Translations under genes and position numbers: made by a program | Notes under the pieces: generated by a model | Told to the model about the DNA's origin: nothing | What the model saw: the letters and a program-made list of their open reading frames with translations, nothing else | The model's database searches: none | Shown here: piece after piece, positions 59,989 to 64,000 of the stretch | Layout of the letters: every line of letters begins with the position of its first letter | Numbering within the stretch: the first letter of the stretch is position 1 | NCBI GenBank assembly: GCA_964542585.1 | Contig: CAZIUI010000001.1 | Location: 185,562-249,561, forward strand | DNA from: an uncultured Sphingobacteriales bacterium | GTDB taxonomy: Bacteria; Bacteroidota; Bacteroidia; CAILMK01; CAYYUA01 | Length of the DNA: 64,000 bases | Direction of reading: 5' to 3'

Positions 59989-60555
59989 ATGGCATTTGAC
60001 CAGGAGTACAGGGCTTTTGTTTGGCGCAGTGCTCTTAGAGCCTTGGTATATTTTGCCTTGATTGTTGGGGCTTTTTTCCTTTACCAGTACCTGATGCCTG
60101 AAAACTGGAAAGCCCTACTTGCTCCCATCAACAATCATCCTCAACTGGTATTCTTGATTTACACGCTTTCCGAAACTTTTTTTGGAATCATACCGCCTGA
60201 GTTTTTCGTGATGTGGGCAACGGGTTTCCCGATTGAGACCTACGGACTAATGATTGCGCTACTGGCTATCTTATCATTTACTGGTGCCCTCATTAACTTT
60301 TATGTAGGACGACACTTACATAAAGGCCGTATTTACCGGCTACTTATTGAGGGACGCTTTCAGAAGTATGTGGGTTATTATCACCGATTTGGCGGTATCA
60401 TAATTTTAATATCATCAGTGACTCCCCTCCCCTTTGCAGCCATTAGCCTTATAAGCGGAACCTTAGGATTCCCTTTCAAAAGCTACCTGATTTACGCTTC
60501 TGCCCGTTTCCTTCGCTTTGTATTTTACGGGTTTTTCTTTTGGGGCGTTAACTGA
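59989..60555 (+). CDS. DedA/VTT (YqaA-like) membrane protein
   Basis: SETFFGIIPPE, G..INFYVG, TPLPF, ARFLRF. Confidence 0.8.
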   Translation: MAFDQEYRAFVWRSALRALVYFALIVGAFFLYQYLMPENWKALLAPINNHPQLVFLIYTLSETFFGIIPPEFFVMWATGFPIETYGLMIALLAILSFTGALINFYVGRHLHKGRIYRLLIEGRFQKYVGYYHRFGGIIILISSVTPLPFAAISLISGTLGFPFKSYLIYASARFLRFVFYGFFFWGVN

Positions 60556-60570
60556 TCAAAATTTGATAAG

Positions 60571-61545
60571 TTATTGAACATCAAATACCGTTTGCCTTTG
60601 ACCAGTTTTTGAGCCCCTAACGATGAACCTTACATGATAGGTTTTCTTATTCTGGCTTTCGTAGTAAGTACGCATAAGCATCTCAACTAAGATCCCGATC
60701 GTTACGAGTTGAATTCCACCAAGTGTACATGTCATAGCCAATATCAGCAAAGGTTTACCCCAAAGTTCTGTCCCAGCTATTTTTAGCCCTAAAAGGTAGA
60801 AGTTGAGTAATACCCCAACACCAAAGACTAAAATACCAGCCAAGCCAAAAAGCTGCATAGGCTTATTCAAGTACTTCTGGAAAAACATGACCAATAAAAG
60901 GTCACTTAATACTTTGAAAGTCCGGCTTAAACCGTATTTGGTATAACCATACTGACGAGGATGATGCTTTACATCCATTTCTTTAATACGCGCTCCTTCT
61001 TGTTTGGCAAGGACGGGGATAAAGCGGTGCATTTCACCATATAGCCCAAGATTTTTCGCAATGCTCCCATCAATAACTTTAAGCGTGCACCCGTAATCAG
61101 TTATTTTTACGCCTGTAAATCGGCGAATCAGGGAATTAGCCAGTTTGCTCGGCAACTTGCGGTTGAAAAAACCGTCCTTGCGGTTTTTCCGATTGCCAAC
61201 CACCATATCAATAGGCTCATTTTCAAGCGCCTGCAATAACCGCGGGATATCCTCAGGATCATTCTGTAGATCCCCGTCCATTGTAGCTATATAGGCGCCA
61301 TCCGCATGATCAATTCCAGCGGACATGGCCGTGCTCTGGCCATAATTGGTGCGAAGCTGAATGACTTGAAAACGCTCATTGGGGTTATTTTGATGAATTG
61401 TATCAAAAGTTTGATCTGTACTTCCATCATCTATAAAGATCACTTCATAATCCAATCCCTCCAGACTTTGACTTAATTGCTTAATCAGCGGTGGTATATT
61501 CACTTTTTCGTTCACCACGGGTATCACCACCGACAAATGTTTCAT
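60571..61545 (-). CDS. Family 2 glycosyltransferase (ArnC/DPM1-like) with two C-terminal TM helices
   Basis: SVVIPVVNE, IDDGSTD, NYGQS, TMDGDLQNDP, DYGCTLK, GEMHRFIP; start set to ATG 61545. Confidence 0.92.
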   Translation of the reverse strand: MKHLSVVIPVVNEKVNIPPLIKQLSQSLEGLDYEVIFIDDGSTDQTFDTIHQNNPNERFQVIQLRTNYGQSTAMSAGIDHADGAYIATMDGDLQNDPEDIPRLLQALENEPIDMVVGNRKNRKDGFFNRKLPSKLANSLIRRFTGVKITDYGCTLKVIDGSIAKNLGLYGEMHRFIPVLAKQEGARIKEMDVKHHPRQYGYTKYGLSRTFKVLSDLLLVMFFQKYLNKPMQLFGLAGILVFGVGVLLNFYLLGLKIAGTELWGKPLLILAMTCTLGGIQLVTIGILVEMLMRTYYESQNKKTYHVRFIVRGSKTGQRQTVFDVQ

Positions 61546-61570
61546 AAACTGCACTTTAACAACGTTACAG

Positions 61571-61578
61571 CAAAGCTA
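61571..61578 (-). promoter_or_regulatory. -7 promoter element (TAGCTTTG) for the glycosyltransferase gene
   Basis: TAnnTTTG on the minus strand, 25 nt before ATG 61545. Confidence 0.5.
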
Positions 61579-61640
61579 AAACAGAACCGCCAATTTCAAG
61601 GGTGGTTTAAACACCCTTTATTGGACATACCGGAAAAAGC

Positions 61641-61648
61641 TACCTTTG
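61641..61648 (+). promoter_or_regulatory. -7 promoter element (TACCTTTG) for malY/patB
   Basis: TAnnTTTG 18 nt before ATG 61667; divergent from the previous element. Confidence 0.55.
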
Positions 61649-61666
61649 TATAAAATTTATTTCATC

Positions 61667-62839
61667 ATGTCAGAAAACCTACCCTTAGCAATTGACAGGA
61701 CTGGAACACACAGCATAAAATGGGATTACAATAAAAAGTTATTTGGCAGGTCTGATATCATTCCGCTATGGGTGGCCGATATGGATTTTGAAAGCCCTCC
61801 AGCGGTTAAAGAGGCTTTACAGAAAAGAGTGGCTCACGGCACATTTGGTTACACCGGTGAATCTTTCAATTATTACAAAGGCATTCTGGATTGGATCAAT
61901 ACCCGTCATGGCTGGTCTCTGGAGCGGCATCACCTGCATTATATACCCGGTGTTATCCCTGGCCTTAATTGGGCTGTCCAAACCTTTACCGATCCGGGAG
62001 ATGGGGTAATTATTCAGCCACCGGTTTATAAACCTTTTTTTCAGGCTGTACAGCATAATAACCGGGAGCTGAAGGAAAATCCGCTTCTGCTTTTAGATAA
62101 CCATTACCAGATGGACCTTGAGCATTTGGAATCCCTAATTGATGAGCGTACCAAAATGCTGATCCTGTGTAGCCCTCATAATCCGGTGGGCCGCGTTTGG
62201 ACCTCATCTGAATTAAAAGCCTTAGGGGACATTTGTATCCAAAATGATATCCTGATCTTATCCGATGAAATTCATTGGGATATCGTTTACAGTGACGCTA
62301 GCCACTTTCCGGCTGCTAACCTCAGCGATGACCTCAAGCAGCAGACGCTTACCCTAACTTCACCCGGTAAAACCTTTAACCTCCAAGGCCTGCAAAGTGC
62401 TTATGCCATTGCTGAAAATCCCGAAATCCGGCAGGCATATTGGCGCACCCTAGAGCAAAACGGCATCTTCCTTAACAATGCTTTGAGTATTACCGCTATT
62501 GAGGCCGCGTACAATCATGGAGCTGAATGGTTAGATTCCACAATACAATACCTGTACGAAAACAGGCAATACCTAATTGAATTCGTAGAAAAAGACCTAC
62601 CCGGGATCCGGGTTACAGCTAGCGAAGGAACTTACCTGGCCTGGCTGGATTGTCGTGGGCTAAACCTTTCCCATGATGAACTCAACAATTTTTTTGTTGA
62701 AAAGGCTAAGCTTGGGCTTAATAATGGTGCTGAATTCGGAGAAGCCGGCAAAGGATTTATGAGGCTGAATTTAGCTTCCGCTCGCGACACTTTGGAACAA
62801 GCGCTTAACCAGCTAAAAGAAGCTTTAAATCGGCTTTAA
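61667..62839 (+). CDS. MalY/PatB family PLP-dependent C-S lyase (cystathionine beta-lyase)
   Basis: SIKWD, PLWVADMDF, LCSPHNPVGRVW, SDEIH, SPGKTFNLQG, EGTYLAWLD; start set to ATG 61667. Confidence 0.93.
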   Translation: MSENLPLAIDRTGTHSIKWDYNKKLFGRSDIIPLWVADMDFESPPAVKEALQKRVAHGTFGYTGESFNYYKGILDWINTRHGWSLERHHLHYIPGVIPGLNWAVQTFTDPGDGVIIQPPVYKPFFQAVQHNNRELKENPLLLLDNHYQMDLEHLESLIDERTKMLILCSPHNPVGRVWTSSELKALGDICIQNDILILSDEIHWDIVYSDASHFPAANLSDDLKQQTLTLTSPGKTFNLQGLQSAYAIAENPEIRQAYWRTLEQNGIFLNNALSITAIEAAYNHGAEWLDSTIQYLYENRQYLIEFVEKDLPGIRVTASEGTYLAWLDCRGLNLSHDELNNFFVEKAKLGLNNGAEFGEAGKGFMRLNLASARDTLEQALNQLKEALNRL

Positions 62840-62852
62840 GCGCAAAATAGAA

Positions 62853-63497
62853 TTACCATTGGTTAACGCCCCAAGAGCGATCAAACCCTCCAAATCCTGA
62901 ATTAAAACCCCGGCTTCCTCTCGGGAAAAATTGAGATGGCCTTCTAAAGGCATTACCTCCCTCAAGGTATTGGACCCCCGCTTCAATTTGGACATTATCG
63001 GCTATGCTGTAGTTAGCTTCAAAACTGAAAGCGCGCTGTTGTCGGGGGGTAAGTGATTGAAAACCTTCTGTAACATTGGAAGTATTGTTATTCAGGGGCA
63101 AACGAGCAGCACCTGAAAAGGTCAATTCTTCAGAAACCTTATAAGAACCTGCCAGATCCAGATGCATTCGGGGTTGAACATCCCTCAAAGCATTCGACTC
63201 ACCTGTATTGTAAAAACCTCCACGGCTAATAAGTAAGCCGCCGCTTATCGTCAGGCGATCACTTACGGGATATTGCAGACTTGGTCTTACATACTGATAG
63301 CTATTATTCCCTGGAAAACTACTCATGAAGCCTACTTCAACTTGTATATCCGGCTTTTGAAGGATAGTGGAATCTTTTGCAAAGGGGTTTTCAGAATAAT
63401 TTTGGAATTCTTGAGCATCAACACCTGAATTAAAACTCAAAACAATTAAGGTGAAAAAGCCTATGCAAAAAACCTCGGGAATTAGCTTCATCAGCAA
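62853..63497 (-). CDS. Hypothetical exported protein, probably beta-barrel
   Basis: Signal peptide; alternating strands (PSLQYPVSDRLTISGG, GSYKVSEELTFSG, ANYSIADNVQIEAGVQY); G/F-rich tail. Confidence 0.65.
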   Translation of the reverse strand: MLMKLIPEVFCIGFFTLIVLSFNSGVDAQEFQNYSENPFAKDSTILQKPDIQVEVGFMSSFPGNNSYQYVRPSLQYPVSDRLTISGGLLISRGGFYNTGESNALRDVQPRMHLDLAGSYKVSEELTFSGAARLPLNNNTSNVTEGFQSLTPRQQRAFSFEANYSIADNVQIEAGVQYLEGGNAFRRPSQFFPRGSRGFNSGFGGFDRSWGVNQW

Positions 63498-63572
63498 TTT
63501 TTTGGCAATTTATGCTAATAATATGCCAGACCCAGGAAGGTGTTATCCTCCTTCCCGGGTTCTTTTCAACTG

Positions 63573-64000
63573 TTAAGATCGAAATTGAGCGGATACTTCC
63601 GGATTCTTAGGATCTTTCGTGTAATCGTAAAAGCCCTCTTCTGATTTCACGCCATACTTACGCGCTGTTACCATGTTAACCAACAATGGACAGGGCGCGT
63701 ACTTATCCTCACCAAAGCCATCCTGAAGAACGCGAAGAATGGAAAGTACCGTATCCAACCCAATAAAATCTGCCAATTGCAGTGGCCCCATTGGATGTGC
63801 CATTCCAAGCTTCATCACCGTGTCGATCTCTTCGACCCCGGCTACTCCTTGCCATAAGCTGTAAATGGCCTCGTTGATCATAGGGATCAAAACACGGTTG
63901 GATACAAATCCGGGGTAATCATTGGCTTCTGTTGGAACCTTGCCTAGTTTTTTAGCGGTATCCATGACGGATTTGGTAACCTCATCAGAAGTGGAATAGC
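63573..64000 (-). CDS. hbd: 3-hydroxybutyryl-CoA dehydrogenase (3' part; 5' end outside the window)
   Basis: [43 protein letters not shown]. Confidence 0.9.
   Translation of the reverse strand, partial: YSTSDEVTKSVMDTAKKLGKVPTEANDYPGFVSNRVLIPMINEAIYSLWQGVAGVEEIDTVMKLGMAHPMGPLQLADFIGLDTVLSILRVLQDGFGEDKYAPCPLLVNMVTARKYGVKSEEGFYDYTKDPKNPEVSAQFRS

Noticed and set aside
63530-63566. Hairpin between hbd and the barrel-like gene as a terminator
   Set aside because: The stem exists, but the T run is on the plus strand while both genes are on the minus strand, so the function is uncertain.
1-64000. CRISPR arrays, tRNA/rRNA genes, IS elements, prophage or defence systems
   Set aside because: I saw no regularly spaced repeats, tRNA-like arms in intergenic DNA, transposase/integrase motifs or defence-type domains. 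A covariance-model scan would be needed to exclude small ncRNAs.

Overview
A gene-dense chromosomal segment of a Bacteroidota bacterium. The assignment rests on many TAnnTTTG -7 promoter elements just upstream of genes, a T9SS C-terminal-domain protein, a TonB receptor/DUF4249 pair, the parA-parB-DUF5683-dapB-lepB cluster, alpha2-type GlyRS and a short sigma70 lacking region 1.1. Most genes are housekeeping: mutS2 (partial), lepB, dapB, parAB, recQ, mltG, an NFACT/RqcH homologue, ung, kdsC, lysS, dprA, a DEAD-box helicase, aroQ, lolD, glyQS, a nucleotide-sugar operon, pruA, malY/patB and hbd (partial). I saw no tRNA/rRNA, CRISPR array, transposase, integrase or prophage. Most worth following up: (1) an RqcH homologue with a changed tRNA-decoding motif, followed closely by a 7-CxxCH multiheme cytochrome-TPR gene and lying ~16 kb from mutS2; (2) a divergent RpoD-like sigma factor whose leader can fold over an in-frame AUG; (3) a LonC-type protease divergent from dprA; (4) a decayed ~2.2 kb patch holding a DUF547/beta-barrel fusion pseudogene; (5) a 57-aa YtxH-like gene missing from the ORF track. 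Family assignments come from recognising motifs by eye, not from database searches. No clearly novel multi-gene system can be proven from the sequence alone.
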